A stretch of DNA of 63,524 bases, filler included, from Basidioascus undulatus (lineage: Eukaryota): assembly GCA_000826855.1 (NCBI GenBank). It is 10 parts of 10 records of this genome, joined end to end, with 100 filler letters (N's around TTAATTAATTAA, not from the genome) between each part and the next. Parts side by side here need not be neighbours in the genome. Positions count along the whole stretch, not along the records: positions 1 to 24,973 come from JTLS01000228.1; 9 more parts are not named here. One strand, 5' to 3'. The notes beneath the pieces were generated by a model. That model was not told where the DNA came from. It saw only the letters and a program-made list of their open reading frames with translations, and made no database searches. Positions 1-12,597 of this stretch are shown here, piece by piece. Numbering within the stretch: position 1 is the first letter of the stretch; every line of letters starts with the position of its first letter. Position numbers and translations under genes: made by a program.

Positions 1-191
1 CAAGTCCGTGTTCCCACCCCCCTCCCCCCCGCGGGTCAAATCCATACACTTACTGAACCCTCAGGTCCAACCACCAGACGACTACCAGATTGCCCAGCAA
101 TAGCAAGGCCGGTGCGTCCTCCCCTATTCAGTTGCTTGACCAAGACCCAGAGGTAGCACTGCGAGTTGCTGGATGATTATTCTGGGAAGTC

Positions 192-566
192 TTGGTTATT
201 TGGGTTTCATGCTTGGAGCAACCCAACTCGGCTGGTCGCCTGCACCTCCCCAACGATGCAGATACCAACGAGTGTAGCGCCTTGGACAATCTCTCATTCA
301 GGACAGCGCGGCCGGTCCTGACCTTCGCTGCAGACATGCTCGGTCGTGCGTGGGACTGTTCGATGCGCGGGAAGGCGCTTAAGTGGGGACTACATTGGGG
401 TGTGCGCCAGCCTGCAGTCGAGTGGTGCAACGAGGGAGAGTTTCAAGCTGCGCTCGCGAGGCAGGTTGCTGAGCTTACGAAGGACCTTGTCGATGTCCAG
501 AAGAGCTATGACCCTGACGACCCTTATGGCCGAGTCCTATACTTTGAGGGAACTGTCCCAGCCTGA
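192..566 (+). CDS. Hypothetical protein, probable 3' exon of a gene entering from the window edge
   Basis: 124-aa ORF with protein-like composition ending ...PYGRVLYFEGTVPA*; no recognisable motif. Confidence 0.3.
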   Translation: MVIWVSCLEQPNSAGRLHLPNDADTNECSALDNLSFRTARPVLTFAADMLGRAWDCSMRGKALKWGLHWGVRQPAVEWCNEGEFQAALARQVAELTKDLVDVQKSYDPDDPYGRVLYFEGTVPA

Positions 567-1301
567 TTTTGCCCATTCATCTGGACTATACTTGTCGTTC
601 TTTTGCCTACAGTGTATCGCTTTGGGAGCTGGCCTGCCCGGCTTTGGCAGGCGTGCCACTATCATTTATTGCTGACTGGGTTTGCTCAGGTTTGTCCTCG
701 AAAGAAGAGAGGTCATTTTATTCTCCCGTAAGAGGGTAATGGGGCTCAGTGTGTGAATGGTAATGGTGGTCTAGAAAATGATCGGCTACAGGGAAGTTCA
801 CGTGTCGCGACTGCGATGCCTTTCATGGAAAGTATGGTCTGTGACGATTGCGATCTCTGCGCCAAAGGGAGGACCTGGGAGGGAATTGACCCACCCTTCA
901 GCCCAACCTTGACGGGTGCTCTGTCGACGGCGTAACCCCGTCAGCGGTCAGCGGCCACGACTTCGCGCCGTCGCGCCCTTCGGCATCGCAACAGGTTGGT
1001 CCTTCTTCCATCAAGTCATCCTCCTCCTCCTCCCATCCAGAAGGTGTTCCGGATTCCCCCCTCTCAACGGCAAGCGACTCCCATTATCGCCCACTCATTC
1101 AACACAACAGGTGCAGTGCGGCACGCAGGCACTGTGCTTCGCTCCTCCCGCTTGAATCCTGTGCCGTAATCGGACCGACTGACATTGACTCGGCGGGATA
1201 GACTGAAGGAAGAAGATGTCTGAGCTGCAGTTCGGTCAGTACGCTCTCGGGGGGAGGGTGCGGACCTCATACGATGCTCACTACCCCGGTGCCTGGTTGC
1301 A

Positions 1302-1948
1302 ATGCTGAAGAGCCCCTCGGCCGGGAGCTCGAAGCTCGTTGTGCCTGAGAATCTCACTCATTTCACGGTCCGCCTGGCCGCCGAGGGCGTCAAGTACGGG
1401 CCTGTCGACGTCGCGGCCGGCGGCCCAGTGCCCGTGGCCGTCCTGCTTGGCACGCAGTTGACAGGCCGTGCGGACGAGAACCTCGCTTTCGGTTCGTCTA
1501 CCACTCGCCACTCTTGCCTTGGCTTATTAAAGAGCTTGGGAGTGAATTGTTGGCCTGATTTGAGGCTTCAAGGAGAAGAGCTGATGACTCCCCCTCGCAT
1601 CAACCGCACTGCGCAGGGGTCCAGGGCAAGATCCCCGTCAAGATGCAGATCCGGTCCGACAGGGCGGGCGTGGTCAAGGTCGAGTATTTGCCCCAGCCGA
1701 GCCACGAGCAGGACTGGGAGCCGTCCCTGCAGCTCCTCGTTCGCCTTGAGGGGCCGGCGGTGGCGCCCTGCGATGGACGCAGCGACGACGCAGCCTTCCC
1801 TCTTACCCTCCACCTCCGCTTCGACGCCACCGACGCCGGACTCCTGCAGCCCCTCGGGCAGAACGAGATGGGCTTCAAGATCGTCGGGAACTACAGGTCG
1901 GACGTCGTTGATTCGTTCGCGGCCGCTATTGGGGGTGGCGGGGTGTGA
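1302..1948 (+). CDS. Hypothetical protein, two exons
   Basis: MLKSPSAGSSKLVVPENLTHFTVRL... exon, GTTCGT donor near 1492, acceptor near 1572, then a GC3-rich exon ending ...VDSFAAAIGGGGV*. No family recognised. Confidence 0.45.
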
Positions 1949-3617
1949 TGGCGAATGGGTGGGCAGCGGCGGTGTGCGTCTCCTCAACCCATTTGTTCCT
2001 AGAGTCTCTTCTGCATACCGACGAACAGTTTCACTGAAACTGTAAAATGGGTTTCAACTGTCCAGGCGCCTGTCTTTTTGTCTCGTTCTCGTTCGGCTCG
2101 TTCGTCTTGCATTGCAACGCAACAATGTGCACACATGGGTGACCTCACATTATCTTGCGCAACGATCAACGTGTGTTTCCTGGATGCCGAGCAGTAGCTT
2201 CTTGGTCTTATGTTCTCGCCCCGTCGCTTTATTCCCTGCGCCGCCGTTGGAAACCGTGCGGTGACCGCGAGCGTCGAAGAAACTTCACATCTCGCATGAT
2301 TGATCTTGATACCGCGTTGTGCCCACACATACCAGATATTCTCGGGTACTTTCTGACTGCTCGCATGGGAAATATGCTAGTCGCATATTTGCAACAGCGC
2401 AAAGCTCGGCGACCGTCAATTGCCATTGCACATGTCTCGGCCGGCTGTCCATGACCGTATGGCTCCTGCGCCTCCCACTCAAATACACAATCTCGATTGC
2501 GGTGCGCATCAGCGCCGTATCACACAGATTCCTACTCCCGCAAGCTGTACGCTTTCATCTCCGACGGCACCAGGCAAAACGCTGTCGGTGCCCGGGCGGA
2601 AAGCAGGATTCCCGCATCCATGAATGCAAATCGCCGCAAGTTCCCCGTACAGCTGGAACCGTAAAGTGCAGAATCAAGTGAACGAACTGGAATCATATGT
2701 GTATCGCGCGCCGGCGCAGACTCCTGGGGGGAGGTGAGTGCGGGCGTGTGAAGAGGCTGTGTGTGTGGAAGGCTGTCTCGACGGGTCTAGCCGAGCGCAA
2801 TCGATACTGGAAGCTGAAGCTTGAAGATTGTTAAGTAATCAAGGTGGCGAGAGGTAAGAGGACGTACTGTGTGCTTGTGCAGGTCAAGTGAGCAGTGAGC
2901 GGGAGATATGCGCGGCGGCGGCTTAGAGCCCGAAATGATGCCATTTCCCAAATCGGTGCATGTCGTTTGTGTGTTTCGGCGAAAGTTAAGCAATAATTAC
3001 TCTGTACTACTCGGTGGCAATGCATGCTGGCTGGCGGAGATACTGGTAATGGTAAGGGGAGGATGAGGGCTTGCGTGGGCAGTGGGGACCTCCTTTAGTG
3101 TTGAGGAGGCGACGTTGATTAGCGTGCAGAAGTAACGCAGCATCGCAAGGTTGAGTCTCGTTGAGAAGTATCGGCAGCATCGTGAGCATGTCGAGATGCG
3201 CTTGGAATAGTGAGTGCGGCCACGGTGCTTGTGGCTCCAGGGTAAGCTAGCTTGATCGAACCGCACAGCGCAAGGTGAACAAGTCGCTTTTCCTCTGTGA
3301 ACCTGTAGTATCGTCGCATGGGAGGTAAGTCAGCATGCACCACACCAGAGAACTCGTCGACGGATCAGAGTCGTAAGTAATCGCCACCACTTCGCACTCC
3401 GCACGCGGTGAGTAATGATACGCGTGAGCATCGCCGCCATTCCAAACGAAGCACGAGATCGCGGTAGTAAGCGGTGAGTAATGATGTGCGTTGCTGATGA
3501 TGAAATTTGAAAGTTGTATGATCGAAGCCCCCTGATCACCTGACTACCCAGCACCCAATCCGAAGCCCACGCCCAAGTCCAGCATCAACCCGCCCGCATG
3601 CGCATGCAAGTGCGCGG

Positions 3618-4319
3618 TCACTCGTTGATCTTGGCGAGGACCTCCTGGTCCCTGATCCACGCACCCGTGCACCCCGCTTGTCAGCCCAGCGTCCGCAAGG
3701 CGTAAAGCACCCACGAGTCAAGCAAGGAAAAGAACGTAGGACGCACCGGAACATGAAGAACTCGTCCTCGCCAACCTTGATGCTCTGGCCGCCCCAGCCG
3801 GGGAGGAGGATGCGGTCGCCCGGCTTGACGCTGACGGGAATGACCTCGCCGCTCTTGGGGTCGCGCGCGCCAGGGCCAGTAGAGATCACGGTCGCCTCCG
3901 GGAGGGGGGTCGAGGTAACGGAGGAGGGGAGGAAGATGCCGGAGGCGGTTTTCTGCGGGGAGAGGGAGGTTGAAAATGGATTTTGGAGTGGATTTCAAGA
4001 GGATTCAACATACCGTGTCGGCTTTCAGACGCTGAACGAGGATACGGTCCAAAAGCGGGACTATTATACCGGAAAAATAAGGGGGAGGAGCAGGGTCGGG
4101 TCGGAGCGGGGAGAGGAGAGCAGGGAGAGACGATCAGCAAGCAGACTCCAGTAGATTTTGACTGCAAGATGCATGTTCGGAGACTTACCAACCTGATGGT
4201 AGTGGGAACAAGAGGGCGGCGGAGATTCAGCGGTTGCTGGACTCCCTGGAAGCGGACGTGCCGCAGGAGCACCGTTGCCAATCACGCACCGACTTGATAT
4301 TCTTAATGGTGGACGCCAT
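3618..4319 (-). CDS. HSP10: Mitochondrial co-chaperonin Hsp10 (GroES family)
   Basis: Spliced product MASTIKNIKS-VV-PLLDRILVQRLKADT-KTASGIFLPSSVT...VISTGPGARDPKSGEVIPVSVKPGDRILLPGWGGQSIKVGEDEFFMFR-DQEVLAKINE*; GT-AG introns; includes a 4-nt micro-exon at 4189-4192. Confidence 0.95.
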
Positions 4320-4657
4320 TTCTACGCAATAAAAAGTATCGGGCGGCAAAGACCGGGAGAGTGTGGGACTGGGAGGAGATGGAGGCGGAGGGCAAGAGGC
4401 GAGGCGAGGCGAGGGAGGAAGACGCAGAGTCCGGCCGGGCCGAAGGATTCCGTTCTGAGCACACTTCCGGCTACTGTAGTCGTTTCTAGGGCCTTCTCTC
4501 GCTCGCACTGTCCCGGCCGGCGTCTTTCTTCGCCTTTGATCGCTCGCTGCCTTCTCTTGACTCTCGACTGCTCCTCATCCGGGCGGGTGTCTTTTCCTTC
4601 AAATCCCAATCAATTACCTCTTGCTCTCCATCCGCCACCTCCCCCTCCTCATCCGCC
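4320..4657. promoter_or_regulatory. Shared bidirectional promoter region of HSP10/HSP60
   Basis: 338 bp between two divergent ATGs; only imperfect heat-shock-element-like TTC/GAA arrays (e.g. TTCtaGGGccTTC near 4484-4496). Confidence 0.6.
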
Positions 4658-7505
4658 ATGCTCCCCCGCAACTCGCTCGCAAAGGCCGCCCGCGCGAAGG
4701 CCCTCCCCAAGGTCTTCTCCCGTGGCTACGCCCACAAGGTGCGTGAGCGGGTGCACACATCGAAATTGGGCTGCCGCTGATCGTCGGTACTGTGGCGGTG
4801 TGGTTGTGTGCTTGGTGGGACCAGGAGCTCAAGTTCGGCGTTGAGGCGCGTGCGAGCATGCTCGTCGGTGTCGACCTCCTCACCAAGGCCGTGTCTAGCA
4901 CGCTTGGTCCTAAGGGTGAGTTGGTGATCATTTTAGAGTTTCAGATGGGGTAGTGGTGCAGAGATGCAGGGAGATAGATCCTATAGCTGGAATTGATGTG
5001 CAAGGCTGAGCGGCAGCGGCATCTCCCTACGTCTTCTCTCGTCGTCACAACAGAGATGCCGCTTCCTTGATTATTTTTGGACTACCCCAGGCATGAACTG
5101 ATACTGACTGTCCGACCCATCTACTCTCCTCTGCAGGCCGCAACGTGATCATCGAGCAGGCCTTCGGCGGTCCCAAGATCACCAAGGGTGCGTCTTCTAT
5201 TTCCCCAGTCCCATCCTCTCCCAGTGCTCAAACTTCTGTTCTCTCAGACGGTGTCACCGTGGCGAAGGCGATCCAGCTGAAGGACAAGTTCGAGAACCTG
5301 GGTGCCCGGTGCGTCCTTCCTTCCCCCCTCCCACAACCGGCGACATGACGCCATGTTCCTAACCGCTTATCCTGAAACGCTTTCCTCCCGTAGCCTCGTC
5401 CAGGACGTCGCGTCCAAGACGAACGAGATTGCCGGCGACGGCACGACGACTGCCACCGTCCTCGCGCGCGCGATCTACTCTGAGGGCGTGAAGAACGTTG
5501 CGGCCGGCTGTAACCCGATGGACCTCCGCCGCGGCGCGCAAAAGGCCGTCGATGAGGTCCTCAAGGTCCTCGAGGCTAACAAGAAGGTCATCACCACTAG
5601 CGAGGAGATCGCTCAGGTGCGTGGCTCTCTTGACTGGCTTCTGTACCCTCTCTGCAGAGGGCGAGGGCTGGCGCGGCTGATCTGGGGTGAACGCGAGGAC
5701 AGGTCGCGACTATCTCCGCGAACGGGGACGTCCACGTCGGCCAGCTTATCGCCACCGCCATGGAGAAGGTGGGGAAGGAGGGTGTGATCACTGTGAAGGA
5801 GGGCAAGACGATCGAGGAGTGCGTTGTTTCTGTCCCCTGCTCTCCTCTCTCTCTCCCCTCATCGCTGACTTGGTGGTTGGGTTGGTGGCTGCAGCGAAAT
5901 CGAGATCACCGAGGGCATGCGCTTCGACCGCGGCTACATCTCGCCGTACTTCATCACCGACGTCAAGTCGCAGAAGTGCGAGTTTGAGAAGCCGCTCGTC
6001 CTCCTCAGCGAGAAGAAGATCTCTGCTCTGTGCGTTTCCGTCCTCCCCTCTTCCCTCTCCCTTTCCTCTTTCTTTTTCCCGTCTGTCCCATTCAATTCCA
6101 CAAACTAACGATTGCGCTGTGGAACCAGTCCCGACATCCTCCCTTCCCTCGAGATCGCCGCCCAGTCGCGCCGCCCCCTGCTGATCATCGCGGAGGACAT
6201 CGACGGCGAGGCCCTCGCGGCGTGCATCCTCAACAAGCTGCGCGGGCAGCTCCAGGTGTGCGCCGTCAAGGCGCCCGGCTTCGGCGACAACCGCAAGTCC
6301 ATCCTCGGCGACCTCGCGATCCTCACCGGCGGCACCGTCTTCACCGACGAGCTCGACATCAAGCTCGAGCGCGCTACCCCTGACATGCTCGGTTCGTGCG
6401 GCGCGAGCACGGTTACTAAGGAGGACACGCTCAGTGCGTCCCTTTCCCCTTTGCCTCCCGCCTTCCACCTTCACCATCGCCCCCGTCTTGCTACGTTCTC
6501 AAAGATCTGGAAAGCTGACTAGCAAATGTGTGTGAAACAGTCCTCAACGGCGAGGGCACCAAGGAGGCCGTCCAGCAGCGGTGCGAGCAGATCCGTGCGC
6601 TGATCAACGACCCGTCCACGTCCGAGTACGACCGCACGAAGCTGCAGGAGCGCCTCGCGAAGCTCTCCGGCGGCGTCGCCGTCATCCGCGTCGGCGGCTC
6701 GTCCGAGGTCGAGGTCGGCGAGAAGAAGGACCGCTACGACGACGCGCTCAACGCGACCCGCGCTGCCGTCGAGCAGGGCATCGTCGCGGGCGGTGGTACC
6801 GCGTGCGTCCCTCCCTCCCCATTTTCATGCTGAACTCCGCCAAATGGGAACTGACTTGGGAATGAACGTGATGCGCTTGGCAGCCTCGTCAAGGCCTCGC
6901 TCGCGCTCAAGAACGTCAAGGGCGACAACTTTGACCAGCAGCTCGGCATCACCACCATCCGTGCTGCGCTCAAGGGTGAGTTCTCTTTTCTCGCTATGTA
7001 GTTGAGCTACAGCAAACTGATCTAAATTCCGCTTCTCCACAGCCCCCGCCAAGACAATCGCGCAGAACGCGGGTCTCTCGGGCGACGTGATCGTCGGCCA
7101 GCTCGAGGAGAAGTACGCGGGCGACTTCAACGTCGGGTACAACGCCGCCGAGGACCGGTTCGAGAACCTTGTCGAACGGGGTATCATCGGTGGGTCCCTT
7201 GCTCTCCCACTCCTCCCGTCTGCTCCTTTTCGTTGACTGACAAGTGTGGTTGGTGGTGTTGCGATCAGACCCTGTCAAGGTCACCAAGCAGGCCCTGACC
7301 GACGCCAACGGCGTGTCCTCCCTCCTCCTCACGTCCGAGTGCGCGATCGTCGAGGCGCCCGAGGAGAAGGGCGCCGCGGGCCCGCCGATGGGCGGCATGG
7401 GCGGCATGGGCGGTACGTCCATTTCCACCCTCCTCTCCCCCTTTCCCACCTCTCCCTCTTCACAATGACTCACTCTCTGATCTATCAATAGGCATGGGCT
7501 TCTAA
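4658..7505 (+). CDS. HSP60: Mitochondrial chaperonin Hsp60 (GroEL family)
   Basis: Presequence [12 protein letters not shown]..., motifs [53 protein letters not shown] and a GGMGGMGG tail; many GT-AG introns. Confidence 0.97.
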
Positions 7506-8715
7506 GCTCCCGCGCCACTGACTGATCCTCCTCTTCTACCTTTCTTTCCCTTCCCCTTTGGTTGATTCCATTGCATTGCTTCCCGTTGCGCTTCCTCCTT
7601 CCACCCACCACCTCTCCACTCCACTGAAACTACAGGCGGCAACATGTGTATTTTTTCCCTGTGAGCTGAGCTGAATTGAATATGAAATGGGCGTACACGG
7701 ATCGAAGAGCTTTGCGAATGCGGAGAGTAGCATTCGGGTTGAAAGCAGAGCGAGGCGGCCCAGCGCACCCGACCTACTCCGTGTCAGCTGCCTTGCTCTG
7801 CGTCTTCATTAAGCTGAATTGATCCGGGCGAGATGGGAGGTTGGAGAACAGGTTGAGAGCAATTTCGTTCAATATGGCATCAATCGACAAGATGAGCTGC
7901 GCAGATCGTGCTTGGACGGTGCTCGCACTGCGGCTGAGGCAACCCGCTTGTGCGCTCAATATTGCACACAAGCTGCATCATTATTTTTGCAAGGAGCGGA
8001 TACAGCCGTACCGAATTCATAAGGGTTGGAGAGGTCTTAAACTAGTTAACGGGGCCTTGCCGACCGCCAGTGGGGCCTCGAGAAGCGATGCTCCGCCGGG
8101 GAAGCGTCACGGGGGACAAAGTGGGACAAAGGATTGGTGTTGGGCTTGCTTGCCCTCGAGTCACACAGATAGGTATTCGAGTACATGTACATGGGCGGAA
8201 TCCACGGTCATCTGAGCGTCTGGACAAAGGCAAACTCGCGGGCCGTCAGTGTTGGCCACGACAGCGCGTCCGTTGCTCGTCTGGAGCAGTCGCCTTTCAG
8301 ACTTGCACCCTTCAAATCTGCCTCACTACCCTATCCAAAGCATACTGAAAAGAATAGTTTGATATAATTTGACAGACGATGCACATCGGTGCCTACGAAG
8401 CTCGTGGCCCACAGCTCCAGCGACGGAGAGACGCTATGGAGTCACAGCTGCTGCCGGCCAGACCAGCGCTGTGAAATGCCGCTTGTCACTTTATGTTGAT
8501 ATGATCAAAGGGGGATCTTCTGCGAACCACATGCACAAATATGCACCACATGCACTGTTATCGCCATCCCGCCTTGGAAGCACGTTCGGTTGTGTTCGCT
8601 TTCGCACCTTGACTCGCCACAGTTACTCCTGCGCCGTGTCACCCTTGATGACGAACAAACAACACCCCATCCCCACTTCACCCCTCATCGCCCATTTGAG
8701 ATCTTCGTCCTATTC

Positions 8716-9900
8716 ATGCCCGATACAATGCCGGCAGACCCGGAGCCGGCGACGGCTCCGTCGCAGAGACCCTGCACCCCATCCGAGGACGGCGCTTCTT
8801 TCCGCACCGCGTTCACTACCCAACGGTCAGAGGAACCGGAGACTCTCAAGAGCATGAAGTTTTTCTCTTCTGTACAGTTTGAAGGGCCCATTTTTATGGC
8901 AAAACATTGACCAGCGTGGGAGGTGCAGGCATTGCCGAGCTTCTGAAGTCCACCAGCAACGAGCGTACGCAGAGGACGGAGGACGAGCTGAACCGTCTTT
9001 CGAAACATGTCCAAGCTTGTACGTGTCGGCGAGTATGGCCCGCTGTTTCCTAACCCAGATCAACAAACCCCCTCCCGCAGCCATTTCACCTCTCCAAGAC
9101 GGTCCGACACCCGCAGCATTTGGCATCGAGGCTCCGCTCTATCGCATTGTCCGTGAAGACATAGGCGAGTGTGTGCAGCTGTGCAGGATTGGAGAGGAGG
9201 GCCCGGCTCTGCCCTCATCTTCGTGAGTGCCACAGTGCTTTCAAATTTGTCGGCCAGACCCTGATTACGGTGGTCAAGTATGCTTGCAGACTGGTTTGTT
9301 CTCGGCAATCGTCACCGCGTTCATCATCGAGATGTACAAGGACCTGAATCCCGACCAGGTTCGCACATATATCCCCTTTCATCCTCTTGATAATTACTCT
9401 TATCCTTCAGTTGGGCCTGACTGAACAGAGCGAGGCCACGAACGAGCTCTTGCAGGTCACAAACGAGCTCTTGCGGATCCTCTCCCTCATCTCGCTCGGC
9501 GCCGACAGCTCTGCAATCGTTCCAGCGGATATCGACAGCAGTTACTTTCTCACCTCTTTCGCTGCCGCTCGGGTAAACCTTTGTTTCCTCCTTTCGTTCG
9601 TGCTTGCTCTCAGTGCAGCTTTCCTCGCTTTACAATGCCGACAATGGCTTGCACGCCTCACTCGTCCCTCTACGGTGCAGAATAACTGCGATAAAGCAGT
9701 TACGCAGGACGATCGGTTCCAATCGGCAAAGCGGATTATCCCTTTGGTTTCATGTCGTTCATTCTCCAGGCCGCCATCGTCGTTTTCGCCGTCGGGTTCT
9801 GCTTTTGGCTGCGCGATCAAATTCCATCAATCGTCGATGTTGTCACCTCACCTTGGGCTCTTTCATTCGAGTGTAGTTTGGATCGGTTGCATTGCACTTC
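8716..9900 (+). pseudogene. DUF6535-like basidiomycete membrane protein, frameshifted
   Basis: Motifs (LIF)TGLFSAIVTAFIIEMYKDL and VNLCFLLSFVLALSAAFLALQCRQWL typical of this family; frameshifts at ~9172-9187 (8-nt near-duplication) and ~9750. Confidence 0.55.
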
Positions 9901-10419
9901 CGCTAGTGGCGGCGTCGTTTCACGGCAATCTGGCCTCTTCTTCGCCCTTCTGTGGCGCTTTCGAGAATGCAATTCGAGCTTCAATGCGTTTCATCTTGCC
10001 TCGCCTTTTATCTTTTCGATTTGCAGTCTTCTCAAGCTGTTCCGCAGACATCCTCCTCATTCGCAAGCTCACCACCCGGAGCAGAAGGTCCCTCAGCGCC
10101 CCGGCCTTGACAGCTACGTTTACGTCGAAAGCGTCTTCTTGCCTGAAGCGGTACTGCTCTCCGTCGGACTCGAACCCCTCCATCATGAATGATAGACAGA
10201 TAATGTGCTCGAGATGATAACCGAGGTACGGCTTTTCCCAACCGGGGATGAGAGAATAGCCGCCCAATGCAAGAGACGTCGAGGAAGCCCAAACTTGGAA
10301 CGAGGGCACTGCAATTCGAAGCGGGCGCGAAGCGCTCCAGCCACGGTGCTCAAATCCGTCGACTCTATGTGGAGATATGTCCATTGAAACACCGCGCAGA
10401 GGTTGTGACAACCTGTCGA

Positions 10420-11385
10420 CGAGGCAGCCCCAGGTACCGAGGTGCGTGACGTTCGGAATCTTGCCTGTGTAGACGCCCTCGGGGATGCGGCCGTCAAGCG
10501 CAGCGTGCGGACTGCAGTTCTTGACATAGGCATGAGCGGTAGCAGCTTCGGACCAGAGCGACCACGGGGTACCGGCTTCGATGAGTATCGTGCAGACAGT
10601 GTCGCCGATGGGGCAGTTGATGCGCTCGGTGCCTTTCTGCTGCCAGGTGTAGGCGACAGTGGACTGGTGCTTGATTCTGTGCTCCTTGAGGTACGCCTTG
10701 AACGGGCCCAACATGTACTCTCTGCCTTCGTCTGAGCAGAACACCTTGATCTTCCGACCGGTCCGGAGTTCAATGTTCGCCTTGAATTCCTTGAAGTGTG
10801 CAAAGACCTCGTCTTGTGCTTCAGGAAACAGAGGAAGAGCTTACGCAAGTAGTTGTCAATGAAGGGGGCGATGTAGCGAGCGCCGTGGAGAGAGTGGTGC
10901 CAGACATTGTAGAGGCTGGAGTGGGTAAGGTTGAGCAGGCCAGACACATGGGAGGATGAAGGTGAAAACGCCAGTCGATGCATCTTTCCCTCTGCACATG
11001 CAACACAGACACGTTGCTAGCAAGCACAAGACTGTCCACGTGCCCACTAGAGGCAAGGAGCAGATAGCCTGTACATTCAGATGGCAGAAGTGACGGTGCC
11101 AGGTTGAGAGCTGAGTGCGGAGTACTTCGCAGATGCGGCGAAAGCGGTGAGGTGTGCTCCATTGACGGTGATCGGGCCAGCCGGCTGGACGAGGCAGAAG
11201 AGGTTGCCTGAGGGAACACAACGCGTGATGAAGCAGCCGAACTCGTCTGCAAATGTGACGCCCTTGTCAGTGAACATGACAGCAAAGCCAAGGCACGTGA
11301 GGCTGGAGATGGAGAGTTGGTGCTGATCTCGGGGCCGCACAGGACATTGCGGAGGCCGATGCTGCGCATCTTGCTTCTCACCAAC
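10420..11385 (-). mobile_element. Degenerate Ty1/copia LTR-retrotransposon pol remnant (pre-integrase plus integrase core)
   Basis: YIAPFIDNYLRK, SDEGREYM, HQSTVAYTWQQKGTERIN, LWSEAATAHAYVKNCSPH, YTGKIPNVTHLGTWGC match the copia rve integrase; several frameshifts, no LTRs seen. Confidence 0.85.
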
Positions 11386-11925
11386 GACAGATGATGACGT
11401 TGCCGATGTCTGAGATGGGTCTGAGATGGGTCTGAGCTAGTCCTCGGATGGCCCTCAGATGAGACTCAGATGCTAGGCAAGATTTCAGTATGAGTGTAAA
11501 ATCAGTATGAGTGTAAAAGAATTCAGGAAGCATAAGAACAGCTGTGAAATGAGCCAAATACAGCAAAGATATCTTTTGGTTCAGTTTCCTTGTTGTGGTA
11601 CTGGATGACTGACACGCTGCAGGAGATCGGGTCAGTCTGCACTGGCAGGAGCGGTACAGAGGCCTCATGAGCGCTCAACCTCGTACCATGGAATCATGCC
11701 AATACAAGCCAACCGCTTGTTTCCTCAGAGCTGGTCAACATGGACTCACTCCCCCAAAAGAGCACATGCCCATTGTGATGTGCTATTTGCCTTGATTGAA
11801 CAGTGGGACGAAAGGGTTGTATGATTGTAACCTTCAAAGGTGAAAGAGTATTGAAGATGCGAGTCGGGAACTGAGGTGAGCGATCAGTCTGAACCTGTAA
11901 GAAGACTTTCAAGTAAGTTGCAACT

Positions 11926-12016
11926 CTCTCCTTAGCTCAGTTGGAAGAGCGCGAGACTGTAATGGTTAAGCCTTCAGGTAATCTTGAGGTCCCTGGTTCG
12001 ATCCCGGGAGGGGAGA
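11926..12016 (+). tRNA. tRNA-Tyr(GTA) with an 18-nt canonical intron (11963-11980)
   Basis: Acceptor stem CTCTCCT/AGGGGAG, D arm GCTC-AGTTGGAA-GAGC, anticodon GTA at 11959-11961, T arm CCTGG-TTCGATC-CCGGG, followed by a T5 Pol III terminator. Confidence 0.95.
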
Positions 12017-12597
12017 CTTTTTGCCACTTGTTCATTTTGTTTGCATCACTCTGCAGCAGGGAAGGTGGCTCAAAGGTTGTGTGTTTGATCGCCACCAGGT
12101 CCAGTTGTGTAGACTAGTAGATGAGTCTGCAGTGTCAGAGGGCTATCGATGTGCATAGTTTAAGCTTAACAGAGCAAGCAAATTACCCATATGTTGCAGA
12201 ACTGTTAGCTAACCGCTTTTCTAGCCTTTTCACATCACCCACTGTTCACTGGTCGGTTGCACTACTGATATTCAGTGGTAATGGATAGGAGATGTTGCAG
12301 TGTTGCATGTGAAAGCATGCTGCCATGCAATGCATATGGTTGCTCTGACACCCTACCGAGAATGCTGGATGGGGTGAACAAAATGCAAAGCATTTGTTAA
12401 TTCAAAATGTATCGGTAGACCGACCATGGAGGACCAAATCGCCTTATTAGTTTGGCGCTCGTCCCTGCGTCCTCTTGCTGTGTCTTTCGGCCATCACCAA
12501 CTTCATTCTGCAGTTAATAGTCAAAAGTTGTGGGCCTGGCGCAGCGCGTGTGCCTTCTCCGCTCACCTCTGCTTCCCCTCCGCGCAGTCACTCGAAC

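Noticed and set aside
3405..3535. GCGGTGAGTAATGAT direct repeat and a nearby ATGATGA...CTGA pair as a possible C/D snoRNA
   Set aside because: The boxes are only ~35-40 nt apart with no terminal stem or evident guide; the repeat has just two copies.
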